Positions 24,678 through 36,269 of a DNA stretch of 64,000 nt are shown in pieces. The position numbers and the translations under genes were made by a program. Below the pieces are notes generated by a model. The model ran no database searches and was not told the origin of the DNA. It saw nothing but the letters and a program-made list of their open reading frames with translations. Numbering within the stretch: position 1 is the stretch's first letter; each line of letters begins with the position of its first letter. Source of the stretch: Escherichia coli (lineage in GTDB: Bacteria; Pseudomonadota; Gammaproteobacteria; Enterobacterales; Enterobacteriaceae); the NCBI RefSeq assembly GCF_003018235.1, contig NZ_CP027437.1. One strand, 5' to 3'.

Positions 24678-25697
24678 ATGAAAAGCATATTAATTGAAAA
24701 ACCGAATCAACTGGCGATTGTCGAACGTGAAATACCCACCCCGTCAGCGGGTGAAGTACGAGTAAAAGTAAAACTTGCCGGAATTTGTGGTTCAGATAGC
24801 CATATTTATCGTGGGCATAATCCTTTTGCGAAATATCCGCGCGTCATTGGTCATGAATTCTTTGGCGTCATTGATGCAGTGGGTGAAGGCGTGGAAAGCG
24901 CCAGAGTCGGTGAACGTGTTGCAGTCGATCCGGTGGTCAGCTGTGGGCATTGCTATCCGTGCTCTATAGGTAAACCGAACGTTTGTACGACACTGGCTGT
25001 ATTAGGTGTGCACGCTGACGGTGGTTTCAGTGAATATGCCGTGGTGCCGGCAAAAAATGCGTGGAAAATTCCTGAAGCAGTGGCCGATCAATATGCGGTG
25101 ATGATCGAACCTTTTACCATTGCGGCTAACGTTACCGGTCATGGTCAACCGACTGAAAATGATACCGTTCTGGTTTACGGTGCCGGTCCAATCGGCCTGA
25201 CGATCGTTCAGGTATTAAAAGGCGTCTATAACGTTAAGAATGTGATTGTTGCCGATCGCATTGATGAACGACTGGAAAAAGCGAAAGAGAGCGGGGCAGA
25301 CTGGGCGATTAATAACAGCCAGACACCGCTTGGCGAGATTTTCGCTGAAAAAGGCATAAAGCCGACATTAATTATCGATGCGGCTTGTCATCCTTCAATC
25401 CTGAAAGAAGCCGTAACGCTGGCTTCTCCAGCGGCACGTATTGTATTGATGGGCTTCTCCAGTGAACCGTCTGAAGTGATTCAGCAAGGAATTACCGGAA
25501 AAAAACTCTCTATTTTCTCTTCACGCTTAAATGCAAATAAATTTCCGGTCGTTATCGACTGGTTAAGTAAAGGGTTAATTAAACCAGAAAAATTAATTAC
25601 CCATACGTTTGATTTCCAGCATGTTGCTGATGCCATTAGTTTATTTGAACAGGATCAAAAACATTGCTGCAAAGTCTTACTCACTTTTTCTGAATAA
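24678..25697 (+). CDS. rspB: Zinc-dependent alcohol/sugar dehydrogenase RspB
   Basis: 339 aa from MKSILIEKPNQLAIVEREIPTPSAGEVRVKVKLAGICGSDSHIYRG; MDR zinc-ligand motifs; RBS AAGGAG. Confidence 0.9.
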   Translation: MKSILIEKPNQLAIVEREIPTPSAGEVRVKVKLAGICGSDSHIYRGHNPFAKYPRVIGHEFFGVIDAVGEGVESARVGERVAVDPVVSCGHCYPCSIGKPNVCTTLAVLGVHADGGFSEYAVVPAKNAWKIPEAVADQYAVMIEPFTIAANVTGHGQPTENDTVLVYGAGPIGLTIVQVLKGVYNVKNVIVADRIDERLEKAKESGADWAINNSQTPLGEIFAEKGIKPTLIIDAACHPSILKEAVTLASPAARIVLMGFSSEPSEVIQQGITGKKLSIFSSRLNANKFPVVIDWLSKGLIKPEKLITHTFDFQHVADAISLFEQDQKHCCKVLLTFSE

Positions 25698-25754
25698 TAC
25701 CAATAACGGCGAGTAAGTAGTACGCATCTTACCTCTTTTTTAGAGATAACCATT

Positions 25755-25883
25755 ATGACAATAGAAAAACACGAAAGAAGCACTAAGGATTTGGTGAAAG
25801 CAGCAGTATCGGGATGGCTGGGCACTGCGCTTGAATTTATGGATTTCAAGAGTCATACGTGTCAACTATTTGATAAATATTAA
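25755..25883 (+). pseudogene. ydfJ: 5' fragment of MFS transporter gene ydfJ truncated by prophage insertion
   Basis: ATG 25755 opens MTIEKHERSTKDLVKAAVSGWLGTALEFMDFKSHTCQLFDKY*, a typical MFS N-terminus ending 1 nt before the integrase stop codon; Qin is known to split ydfJ in K-12. Confidence 0.5.
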
Positions 25884-25884
25884 A

Positions 25885-27180
25885 TTAATTTTTCATTGCT
25901 TCGTTATGGGGCATGGTTGGGGCAAACTCGCTTAACTGTGTATTTAACAAAGCTACCTGTGCATTATTGTTTTCAGACATCCATTTTCCGTATACCTGAA
26001 ATACCATTTGCGCATCTGCATGGCCCATCTGGTTTGCTATAAATGCCGGGTTAGCACCAGCTGTCAGCGACCAGCAGGCATAAGTATGTCTCGACTGATA
26101 TGATTTTCGATGGCGGAGTCCGGCACGTTTTATCGCTGCGTCCCACATCTGCCTTATTGAGTCAACGGTAAAATGGTCACCATAATTTTTTACTCTCGCT
26201 GACACTTCAGGTTGAAAAACAAAGGTGCATTTTTGTTTTTCTGTTCTGCCATACTCTCTGAGGTGAACATCAATGATATGCTCTTTGCTCAGTCTCGTTA
26301 ATGTCATCTGACTCCGGAGAGCGTCGATTGCTGGCTTAATAAGATGAATGACCCGATTGGTTCCCGCCTGTGTTTTTGGTACCGTGAAACGGTCTTTTGC
26401 TAAATTTCTCCTGATCATCATTGTTCCATTTTTCAGATCTATGTCCTCCCATCCAAGTGCACACAGCTCACCAGGGCGAACGCCAGTATAAACAGAAACA
26501 CACCATAAATTTTTTGCTTGCTGATTTCTGCACGCATCGATAAGACGGATAAATTCCTCCCGCGAAAGAGGATCCGGAATGGTTCTTGATTCCTTTAATG
26601 GCGAGATCCCCTTAAACGGATTATCTGGCAGGTAACCGTTATCAACACCAAACTGGAACACGGCGTTAAGATTTGTCATGTAATTATTTACAGTTACAGC
26701 CGATCTCCCTGGTTGTGTAACAATATAGTTACTTTTGGGGATCTGGTATCCAGTCAGTAGCTCTTTACGAACCTCCAGTAATTTTTCTTTATTAATCGAT
26801 GAGGCAAGATTTTTTTCACCGATTATGCTCAGGATATTTTTGATGACGGCACGGTATGTGTTGAGTGATGTTTTGGCGACTTCAGTTTCTTTCAGTGCCA
26901 GAAATTTTTCAGCCAGTTCTTTTATGGTTAAATCTTGTCGGGCCTCACCAAATTTTTCCAGATTGCGTGAGGAGGGAAACTGTTTTGCATAGTCGAAAAC
27001 ACCAGTTTTTATTGCGTAACAAACAGAGGAGCGTAGTTCACCTGCAACGCGCCTGTTTTTTGCTGTGTCAGGAACCCCCAGATTTTCCCTGACTCTTACG
27101 CCTTTATAAACAAACCAGATACGTAATTTCCATCCATGGTTTTCCACGCCTGTCGGATATTTCATTTCAACTTCTCTCAT
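25885..27180 (-). CDS. intQ: Prophage tyrosine integrase (lambda Int family), apparently intact
   Basis: 431-aa ORF (alternative start MKYPTGVENHGWKL at 27165); C-terminal catalytic region with R...HxxR...Y residues (RHRKSYQSRHTYACW... MGHADAQMVFQVYGKW); adjacent to attachment junction. Confidence 0.85.
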   Translation of the reverse strand: MREVEMKYPTGVENHGWKLRIWFVYKGVRVRENLGVPDTAKNRRVAGELRSSVCYAIKTGVFDYAKQFPSSRNLEKFGEARQDLTIKELAEKFLALKETEVAKTSLNTYRAVIKNILSIIGEKNLASSINKEKLLEVRKELLTGYQIPKSNYIVTQPGRSAVTVNNYMTNLNAVFQFGVDNGYLPDNPFKGISPLKESRTIPDPLSREEFIRLIDACRNQQAKNLWCVSVYTGVRPGELCALGWEDIDLKNGTMMIRRNLAKDRFTVPKTQAGTNRVIHLIKPAIDALRSQMTLTRLSKEHIIDVHLREYGRTEKQKCTFVFQPEVSARVKNYGDHFTVDSIRQMWDAAIKRAGLRHRKSYQSRHTYACWSLTAGANPAFIANQMGHADAQMVFQVYGKWMSENNNAQVALLNTQLSEFAPTMPHNEAMKN

Positions 27181-27199
27181 TAGTTAGTGTGGCTTTTAG

Positions 27200-27451
27200 T
27201 CAAGTAAGATGACGTCTTGGTCTCGCTGATGCCTGGCGCAAAATCCAGCGATCAATTTCTTCCAGGTTGTAAAAGCATGGACTGTTATCCCATGGCATAC
27301 CGTCATGAGCGACATGCTTATATTCCCTTCCTTCCATAAACGATTTTTCCCGGGCCTTTTTTAACGTACCTTTTTTTATTCCTTTCAGCGCAATTAACTG
27401 CTCTTCGGATACCCATTTGCCGGGAGAGACAATCATGATTACTTCGCTCAT
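27200..27451 (-). CDS. Putative excisionase / small DNA-binding protein
   Basis: 83-aa basic ORF immediately upstream of int on the same strand, the usual xis position; sequence itself is not diagnostic to me. Confidence 0.5.
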   Translation of the reverse strand: MSEVIMIVSPGKWVSEEQLIALKGIKKGTLKKAREKSFMEGREYKHVAHDGMPWDNSPCFYNLEEIDRWILRQASARPRRHLT

Positions 27452-27523
27452 CGATTTCTTTATCTCTTACATCAGACGAGCGCCGGTTGCAGAATACCAG
27501 TCACAACCGGCGACAGTTGAACA

Positions 27524-29995
27524 TTAAGAATCAGCCTGACTCGGGATCAGTTTTTGCCAGATAACTGAAACGTATTTTGCCTGGTAACGGGCGTCATCAA
27601 GTGCATTATGGCGCTCACCTTCGAATGGAATAGCCGTTCTGGCATCGAAGTCTATGGCTTTCCCCAGCTCAACGATTGTGCGTACATCGCGATCGTTGTA
27701 GTAACGCCACGGGCAGGGGATCCCCTGCCGTTCGTATGAACGGCGCAAAATCGTGTTGTCGAAGTTGGCTCCATTTCCCCAAACCTGAACAAAAAATTCA
27801 CCGGAGTTTTCGTCGATAAATTCCCGCAATTGTAACAGTGCATCATCTAACGGGATTTCATCGGTCATAATGGCAGATTGCGCTTCGCGTGATTGCTTAA
27901 GCCACCATTTAATGGTGTCCCGATCAATGACTCCGCCAGCAGTTTCCAGATCGATAGTCTTACTAAATTCCGGTCCCATATCTCCGGTTTGCGGATCGAA
28001 AAATATTGCACCTATTGAGATGATCGGGGCATCAGGATTTTTTCCCATGGTTTCAAGGTCGATCATTAGATGGTCACACGTCCTGCTGGTGGATGTGATT
28101 TCGTGATGACCGTTCACCTTAATTGAGTGATCTGCCGTCTCGCCAGTTTCATTATCGCTATTGTGATGCTGATTGCCGCCAGTGTTCTCCTTGTGTGGAT
28201 GTTCAGCGCCTTCCATTTCCTCCGGATCATCTTCCTGAACTTCAACCTGATACTCTTCATCGAATGTTTCTTGGTATGTTGCGTCGCCCATCACCGCGCC
28301 ACAATCAGGGCAGTTGCCGCCGCCGGTCTGACCGCAGGCGGTGCAGACTTTTTCCACTTCCTGTTGCGCCACTGGTTCAGGCTGTTTCGTTTCTGGCTCG
28401 TTTTGTAACGCATTTGTGCTGTTTTGTTCCGCTTTTTGGTAGTTCCGTTCCGATTCATGCTGGTTCTGGTTCACAGAATCGCGGGTCTGGATCCCCTTAA
28501 CCCATTTCGGATCATTCGGGTCACTAATCCCTTCAACAAATTCACCACGTGATGCAGCAAGCAACTTATCGGCGTCAGGCTGGCTGATATTGGCTGCCTG
28601 CATAATTTTGTTTACTTCGTCAGCGGTAACTTTTATCGGCTCTGGTTGTTCTGAATCTTCAGCGGTATCTACATTTTGCGGTAAGCCCGTGTATGTGCCA
28701 TTTTTTCGGGCAAAATATTCTTCTTTTGTGATTTCAGTGGCGCCAGCAGCCAGTGCCTTATCCAGACCAGAAAGTTTGTTTGCGCGACCGTATTTTTCTC
28801 CGTCCTTATCTGCGAAGAGGAAATAGAACGGCCCCTCACGCTCTACAGATGGTTCAGCTTCCGGCGCGGTTTCATTTTTTGGGATATCAGATACCTCAGT
28901 TTCCACTGCATCAGTTTGTGTTTCTGATGACTGGAGAACATCAACAGTGCCCAGGTCTGTTTCTTCATTCTCAAACACGCCCTTTGTCGTCAGGTATTCG
29001 CAGATATATTTGTTCAGTGCTATGGGATCTTTGTGAATGTCGATCGGACGCTCACGGACAAGGCCAAAAATAGTCTGGCGGTCGTAGCGAAGGGCATCAG
29101 GCTGTTTGCGCATTGATGCCGAGATACGCTTCCAGTCTTCGCGGTCGTTGTCGATAACTTCTTTTTTTGCCCAGCGATGGATGCTGCCGTCAATGTTTCC
29201 GGCATCCACATCACCAGGCCAGAGAGCGTAGGCCAGTTCGTCATCCAGTGTTTTCCATGTCTGCTTGTATTCGCGATGAATGGCAGCAATGACCGGGCTG
29301 ATTTTTCCTGTTGAATTTTCAGTGTACTGTTGATTGGCTCTGGCGCGGGCGAGATCAACAACAGACGTGTATTTTCCGGTTTCCTTGCGTTCACCTTCGC
29401 GACGTTTTTTCCAGATGCGCATCTCTGCCTGAATTTCGGGCCATTTAGCACCAGGAATACATTTATGCTTAACCCACCCAATGGCGTGCAACTTAAGCTC
29501 CGGATACATGGCGTTAACTTCTGGCATTTTCATCAACGCTTCAACGATATGTCCGTCGAATGTTGCCATGTCTTCCTGCAACAATTCCTGTGCGCTAATA
29601 ACCATATCAACGGTGATGTTTTCACATGTGTCGAACTTAACCATGACAGCGTTCTGTACTTCAGGGGCCAGCTTGTCAAAAGTGACGTTCATCGGATCGG
29701 ATTCAGTCTCAACCGGGACAAAAGAAGCAGACTCCTCATCCCAGCGGTTTTCCTGCATATATTCAGCATCCCATGAATCGAGGGCAGGGCGGGGTATGCC
29801 AGGTTTATCCTCGCAGACAATAAATTTATAAGCGCAGTCCTGAGCAGCCGGATAATGTTCCAGGAACTGCCAGTGAAATTTTGCTCGAGCACGGCGTTCG
29901 TCGCCAGCTTCAATGGCTGTGGCTACAGCCACAGCGCCTTCTTCCCTTGTTGCCAGTTCGTCAGGAATAGCGGCGCAAATAAAGACTTTACTCAT
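27524..29995 (-). CDS. Large prophage protein with C-terminal DnaQ-like 3'-5' exonuclease domain (full-length YdfE-like; annotated in related prophages as exodeoxyribonuclease VIII)
   Basis: 823 aa; C-terminal ~190 aa carries exonuclease-type acidic motifs (MIDLETMG, WGNGANFD, HNALDDARYQ); central CxxC...CxxC (CTACGQTGGGNCPDCG); acidic low-complexity linker. Confidence 0.7.
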   Translation of the reverse strand: MSKVFICAAIPDELATREEGAVAVATAIEAGDERRARAKFHWQFLEHYPAAQDCAYKFIVCEDKPGIPRPALDSWDAEYMQENRWDEESASFVPVETESDPMNVTFDKLAPEVQNAVMVKFDTCENITVDMVISAQELLQEDMATFDGHIVEALMKMPEVNAMYPELKLHAIGWVKHKCIPGAKWPEIQAEMRIWKKRREGERKETGKYTSVVDLARARANQQYTENSTGKISPVIAAIHREYKQTWKTLDDELAYALWPGDVDAGNIDGSIHRWAKKEVIDNDREDWKRISASMRKQPDALRYDRQTIFGLVRERPIDIHKDPIALNKYICEYLTTKGVFENEETDLGTVDVLQSSETQTDAVETEVSDIPKNETAPEAEPSVEREGPFYFLFADKDGEKYGRANKLSGLDKALAAGATEITKEEYFARKNGTYTGLPQNVDTAEDSEQPEPIKVTADEVNKIMQAANISQPDADKLLAASRGEFVEGISDPNDPKWVKGIQTRDSVNQNQHESERNYQKAEQNSTNALQNEPETKQPEPVAQQEVEKVCTACGQTGGGNCPDCGAVMGDATYQETFDEEYQVEVQEDDPEEMEGAEHPHKENTGGNQHHNSDNETGETADHSIKVNGHHEITSTSRTCDHLMIDLETMGKNPDAPIISIGAIFFDPQTGDMGPEFSKTIDLETAGGVIDRDTIKWWLKQSREAQSAIMTDEIPLDDALLQLREFIDENSGEFFVQVWGNGANFDNTILRRSYERQGIPCPWRYYNDRDVRTIVELGKAIDFDARTAIPFEGERHNALDDARYQAKYVSVIWQKLIPSQADS

Positions 29996-30088
29996 TTTGT
30001 TTTAACCTCATGACAGATTTAAGGATGAACAAATCCCTGCTATTGCTGGCATATAAGAATGAAACCGGATATTTATTACGGAACTGTT

Positions 30089-30280
30089 TTAAAGACCTGC
30101 CGGGATTTCGATATTATCCTGGTGAATAACTTTATCGACCGGGTAACAGTTACCGGGAATTTTCTGTTCGGTTGCTGCAGTCATACACTCCTGTATTGTC
30201 CTGTGAACACTGACTGCAATATCAACTGGCTCTCCGGAAACAAGAAAAACTGTCAGAACAAGCGCAAATGCTGAATTCAT
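30089..30280 (-). CDS. ydfD: Small prophage protein YdfD
   Basis: 63 aa from MNSAFALVLTVFLVSGEPVD (signal-like N-terminus); start overlaps dicB stop by 4 nt (ATGA); size and synteny match Qin ydfD. Confidence 0.55.
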   Translation of the reverse strand: MNSAFALVLTVFLVSGEPVDIAVSVHRTIQECMTAATEQKIPGNCYPVDKVIHQDNIEIPAGL

Positions 30281-30465
30281 TGTGCACATCCTTTTGGCAT
30301 CAGACGTAAACGAGCCAGCATTGAAACAATGCATATTTTATTTAATAGCTCCCGTTCTTGTTTTCTCTTGTTAATGGCATCTTCAGTAAATACAGGGTTA
30401 CTGATAGTGACACCAATTTCAAAACAACCTTCAGACGTATTAACGTTTGGTAATAACGTTTTCAT
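30277..30465 (-). CDS. dicB: Cell-division inhibitor DicB
   Basis: 62 aa MKTLLPNVNTSEGCFEIGVTISNPVFTEDAINKRKQERELLNKICIVSMLARLRLMPKGCAQ matches my recollection of DicB; located downstream of dicF. Confidence 0.8.
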   Translation of the reverse strand: MKTLLPNVNTSEGCFEIGVTISNPVFTEDAINKRKQERELLNKICIVSMLARLRLMPKGCAQ

Positions 30466-30636
30466 TATCGCGTCCTCAACAATGAATTTTGTGATGCAGT
30501 GCCTGGTGCCTCCAGGTGACGTTAACCAGTTAACAATTAACGCCGGATACAGAGAATCCACCCATAACACTGTTTTTGGTTTTAACTGTTCCGCGTGCGC
30601 TTAGCCGCATTCACCGCATCACAAAACTCACTTTAA

Positions 30637-32872
<2,236 letters not shown>

Positions 32873-32934
32873 TTACCAGATTTAGACATCTGTTTCCGAT
32901 AGCCCGTTCTGATGCTACACTTTTTGCTATTTTC

Positions 32935-33621
32935 ATGAACCTCATAAACACATTTATGACTGTTGCTGATTTCAAACGCCCCAAATTGGAGCTCCCAAAC
33001 GGGGCAAAAAAACTATTACTGCACTCTTGCTGTGCTCCATGTTCCGGTGAAGTGATGGAGGCGCTTCAGGCCTCGGGAATCGACTACACCATCTTTTTCT
33101 ACAACCCGAACATTCATCCTCAGAAAGAGTATTTAATTCGTAAGGATGAGAATATTCGCTTTGCTAAACAACACGGCGTGCCATTTATTGATGCTGATTA
33201 CGACACAGACAACTGGTTTGAGCGAGCCAAAGGAATGGAATGGGAGCCTGAACGAGGGATCCGTTGTACCATGTGTTTTGACATGCGTTTTGAGCGGACT
33301 GCGCTGTATGCCGCTGAAAATGGTTTCAGTGTGATCAGTAGCTCACTGGGCATTTCACGCTGGAAAAATATGCAGCAGGTTAACGACTGTGGACGGCGAG
33401 CCGTCGCGTATTATCCGGGCATGGTGTACTGGGATTATAACTGGCGAAAGCAGGGCGGCTCTTCCCGCATGATTGAAATCAGCAAGCGCGAACAATTCTA
33501 TCAGCAGGAATATTGTGGCTGCGTGTATTCACTGCGCGATACCAATCTACACCGCAAATCTCAGGGACGCCCTCTAATCAAAATTGGTCAACTCCACTAC
33601 GGTAAAGAAGGGCAGGAATGA
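32935..33621 (+). CDS. DUF208 / QueH-like protein (putative epoxyqueuosine reductase)
   Basis: Motif [16 protein letters not shown] near N-terminus plus conserved Cys at CTMC and YCGCVYS; start uncertain (ATG 32935 or 32956, no clear SD; track ORF from 32842). Confidence 0.6.
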   Translation: MNLINTFMTVADFKRPKLELPNGAKKLLLHSCCAPCSGEVMEALQASGIDYTIFFYNPNIHPQKEYLIRKDENIRFAKQHGVPFIDADYDTDNWFERAKGMEWEPERGIRCTMCFDMRFERTALYAAENGFSVISSSLGISRWKNMQQVNDCGRRAVAYYPGMVYWDYNWRKQGGSSRMIEISKREQFYQQEYCGCVYSLRDTNLHRKSQGRPLIKIGQLHYGKEGQE

Positions 33622-33702
33622 TTTTATATTATGCCAACAACGGAGCGTAGCAGTGTTTCTATATATAGTACGCCTACCTTAATTTTCAAATAATCATGAT
33701 TA

Positions 33703-33739
33703 ATGAGCAGGTCATCAGTGCAAGCAATGACCTGCTCAT
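33703..33739. repeat. Perfect 13-bp inverted repeat (hairpin or operator-like palindrome) downstream of queH-like gene
   Basis: atgagcaggtcat-cagtgcaagca-atgacctgctcat; followed by cttgttg, weak U-tract. Confidence 0.4.
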
Positions 33740-34236
33740 CTTGTTGAAATTAGAGGAAATCTTGAAGCCATGATATGGCTTAAAATAACGTTTGATTATT
33801 TTACCTGCTGTTTGTCCCTGGTTTAAAGTCGGTTGTCTGATTTGATTACGCGCAACTGACGCTTACGTATTGAAGTAACGAGCACGAAGACACATATTTA
33901 TCAGTGCCTGTATACGTCAAGAGCAGGAGATTTATGTGCTGGTTCTCAAATGCACGCTGGCTATTGTGGCTGTAATGGCAATTTATTGTCTTGTTATTGT
34001 TCTTATGGATCACCTTACTGATTGATTTCATATTGGCGAGGTAACGGTAGTTAAGTAGAATGGCTGCGGGTGCTTGAGGCTATCTGCCTCGGGCATGAAC
34101 ACCAACGGCAGATAGAGAAAAGCCCCAGTTAACATTACGCGTCCTGCAAGACGCTTAACATTAATCTGAGGCCAATTTCATGCTAGACACATGTAGGTTA
34201 GCCTCTTACGTGCCGAAAGGCAAGGAGAAGCAGGCT

Positions 34237-34392
34237 ATGAAGCAGCAAAAGGCGATGTTAATCGCCCTGATCGTCATTTGTTTAACCGTCATAGTGACGG
34301 CACTGGTAACGAGGAAAGACCTCTGCGAGGTACGAATCCGAACCGGCCAGACGGAGGTCGCTGTCTTCACAGCTTACGAACCTGAGGAGTAA
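34237..34392 (+). CDS. hokD: Hok-family type I toxin HokD (RelF)
   Basis: 51 aa MKQQKAMLIALIVICLTVIVTALVTRKDLCEVRIRTGQTEVAVFTAYEPEE; RBS AAGGAGAAG; overlapping upstream mok-like frame from 34180. Confidence 0.85.
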   Translation: MKQQKAMLIALIVICLTVIVTALVTRKDLCEVRIRTGQTEVAVFTAYEPEE

Positions 34393-34459
34393 GAGACCCG
34401 GCGAGGGAGAAATCCCTCGCCACCTCTGATGTGGCAGGCATCCTCAACGCACCCGCACT

Positions 34460-34486
34460 TAACCCGCTTCGGCGGGTTTTTGTTTT
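34460..34486 (+). terminator. Rho-independent terminator after hokD
   Basis: aacccgc-ttcg-gcgggtt followed by tttgttttt. Confidence 0.6.
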
Positions 34487-34608
34487 TATTTTCAACGCGT
34501 TTGAAGTTCTGGACGGTGCCGGAATAGAATCAAAAATACTTAAGTAGCGCGCAGGGATAAGAGGGATGGTCCCTTAAAGGGGAGAGCTAATTATCCGGAA
34601 GGATTCTG

Positions 34609-34860
34609 ATGATGAACATCGAAGAACTGCGTAAAATTTTTTGTGAAGATGGCCTCTATGCTGTGTGCGTTGAAAATGGAAATCTTGTTAGTCATTACCG
34701 CATTATGTGTTTGCGAAAGAATGGGGCTGCGTTAATTAATTTTGTGGATGGTCGAGTGACAGACGGATTTATCTTGCGCGAAGGTGAGTTTGTCACTTCA
34801 TTACAGGCACTGAAAGAGATCGGAATAAAAGCAGGCTTTTCAGCTTTTGCAGAAGAATAA
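34609..34860 (+). CDS. rem: Small prophage protein, Rem-like by position
   Basis: 83-aa ORF between hokD and ydfU, the Qin position of rem (same length); sequence not independently recognised. Confidence 0.4.
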   Translation: MMNIEELRKIFCEDGLYAVCVENGNLVSHYRIMCLRKNGAALINFVDGRVTDGFILREGEFVTSLQALKEIGIKAGFSAFAEE

Positions 34861-34926
34861 ACTCATCTACAATCTTGCGCGGGGCTGAACTCCCGCTGAG
34901 TAACACCGTGCCACCGGAGAAAACCG

Positions 34927-35205
34927 ATGGCACGCAACGTAAAATATTACAATTCTGATAATTCGCCCGTTCTTGCCTGCACGCACGAGCGGTATTCTCA
35001 CGCATTCAAGTCTGAATGGTTCCAGCACCCTCCATGCACTGAAGAGCAGGCTGAATGGATAATTCAGTGTTACCGCAGGCGCGGATACGAGGTTAAGAAA
35101 GCCCTTAGTCTCGACTACCGTCACTGGATAATCTCAGTCAGATTGCCTTACTCCGAACGCCCACCGCGTCCGTCCCGTACATTCCAGCAACGCATCTGGA
35201 GGTAA
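34927..35205 (+). CDS. Hypothetical prophage protein
   Basis: 92-aa ORF with RBS GGAGAAAA; stop 1 nt before GTG start of ydfU (translational coupling). Confidence 0.4.
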   Translation: MARNVKYYNSDNSPVLACTHERYSHAFKSEWFQHPPCTEEQAEWIIQCYRRRGYEVKKALSLDYRHWIISVRLPYSERPPRPSRTFQQRIWR

Positions 35206-35206
35206 C

Positions 35207-36256
35207 GTGCGGGTATTACTTCGACCTGTTCTGGTACCGGAACTCGGGCTGGTGGTCGTTAAGCCGGGCCGTGAATCCATGCCGGTATTCCACAATACCC
35301 GGGTACTGGTGGAGCCGGAACCGAAAAGCATGCGTAATCTGCCGTCCGGGGTCGTTCCTGCCGTTCGCCAGCCGCTGGTGGAAGACAAAACATTGCTGCC
35401 GTTTTTCAGTAACGCACGGGTAATTCGTGCTGCTGGTGGTGCTGGTGCATTGTCTGACTGGCTGTTGCGCCATATTAAATCCTGCCAGTGGCCACACGGC
35501 GATTATCATCACAGTGAAACCGTTATTCACCGTTATGGTACCGGCGCAATGGTGTTGTGCTGGCACTGCGACAACCAGCTGCGTGACCAGACATCCGAAT
35601 CACTCGAGCAACTTGCTCATCAAAACCTGTCAGCATGGATGATTGACGTCATCGGTCACGCAATAAGCGGTACGCAGGAGCGTGAATTATCTCTGGCTGA
35701 ATTATCCTGGTGGGCGGTCCGCAATCAGGTGGCGGACGCGCTACCGGAAGCGGTATTACGTCGCTCGCTGGGATTACCAGCGGAAAAAAACTGCTCGGTG
35801 TACCGCGAAAGCGACATCGTACCGGGAGAGCAGACCGCCACCAGCATATTGAAACAGCGCACAAAAAATCTTGCACCGTTGCCTCACGCCCACCAGCAAC
35901 AAAACCCATCACAGGAAAAGACGGTGGTAAGCATCACCGTTGATCCAGAGTCTCCGGAATCTTTCATGAAGCTGCCTAAACGTCACCGTTGGGTTAAGGA
36001 GAAATACACACGCTGGGTTAAGACACAGCCGTGTGCTTGCTGCGGTATGCCAGCCGACGATCCGCATCATCTGATTGGTCACGGGCAGGGCGGAATGGGA
36101 ACCAAAGCACATGATCTCTTTGTGTTGCCTTTGTGCAGAAAGCATCACGACGAGCTGCATGCGAATACCGTGGCATTTGAAGAGAAGTATGGCTCCCAGC
36201 TGGAGCTGATATTTCGTTTTATCGATCGTGCGCTGGCAATAGGCGTACTGGCGTAA
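35207..36256 (+). CDS. ydfU: DUF968 prophage protein YdfU with C-terminal HNH-like motif
   Basis: 349 aa from GTG with RBS CTGGAGG; C-terminal CACCGMPADDPHHLIGHGQ...CRKHHDELH resembles HNH/zinc-hook; size and synteny match Qin ydfU. Confidence 0.65.
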   Translation: MRVLLRPVLVPELGLVVVKPGRESMPVFHNTRVLVEPEPKSMRNLPSGVVPAVRQPLVEDKTLLPFFSNARVIRAAGGAGALSDWLLRHIKSCQWPHGDYHHSETVIHRYGTGAMVLCWHCDNQLRDQTSESLEQLAHQNLSAWMIDVIGHAISGTQERELSLAELSWWAVRNQVADALPEAVLRRSLGLPAEKNCSVYRESDIVPGEQTATSILKQRTKNLAPLPHAHQQQNPSQEKTVVSITVDPESPESFMKLPKRHRWVKEKYTRWVKTQPCACCGMPADDPHHLIGHGQGGMGTKAHDLFVLPLCRKHHDELHANTVAFEEKYGSQLELIFRFIDRALAIGVLA

Positions 36257-36269
36257 GTGGAGAACGAGC

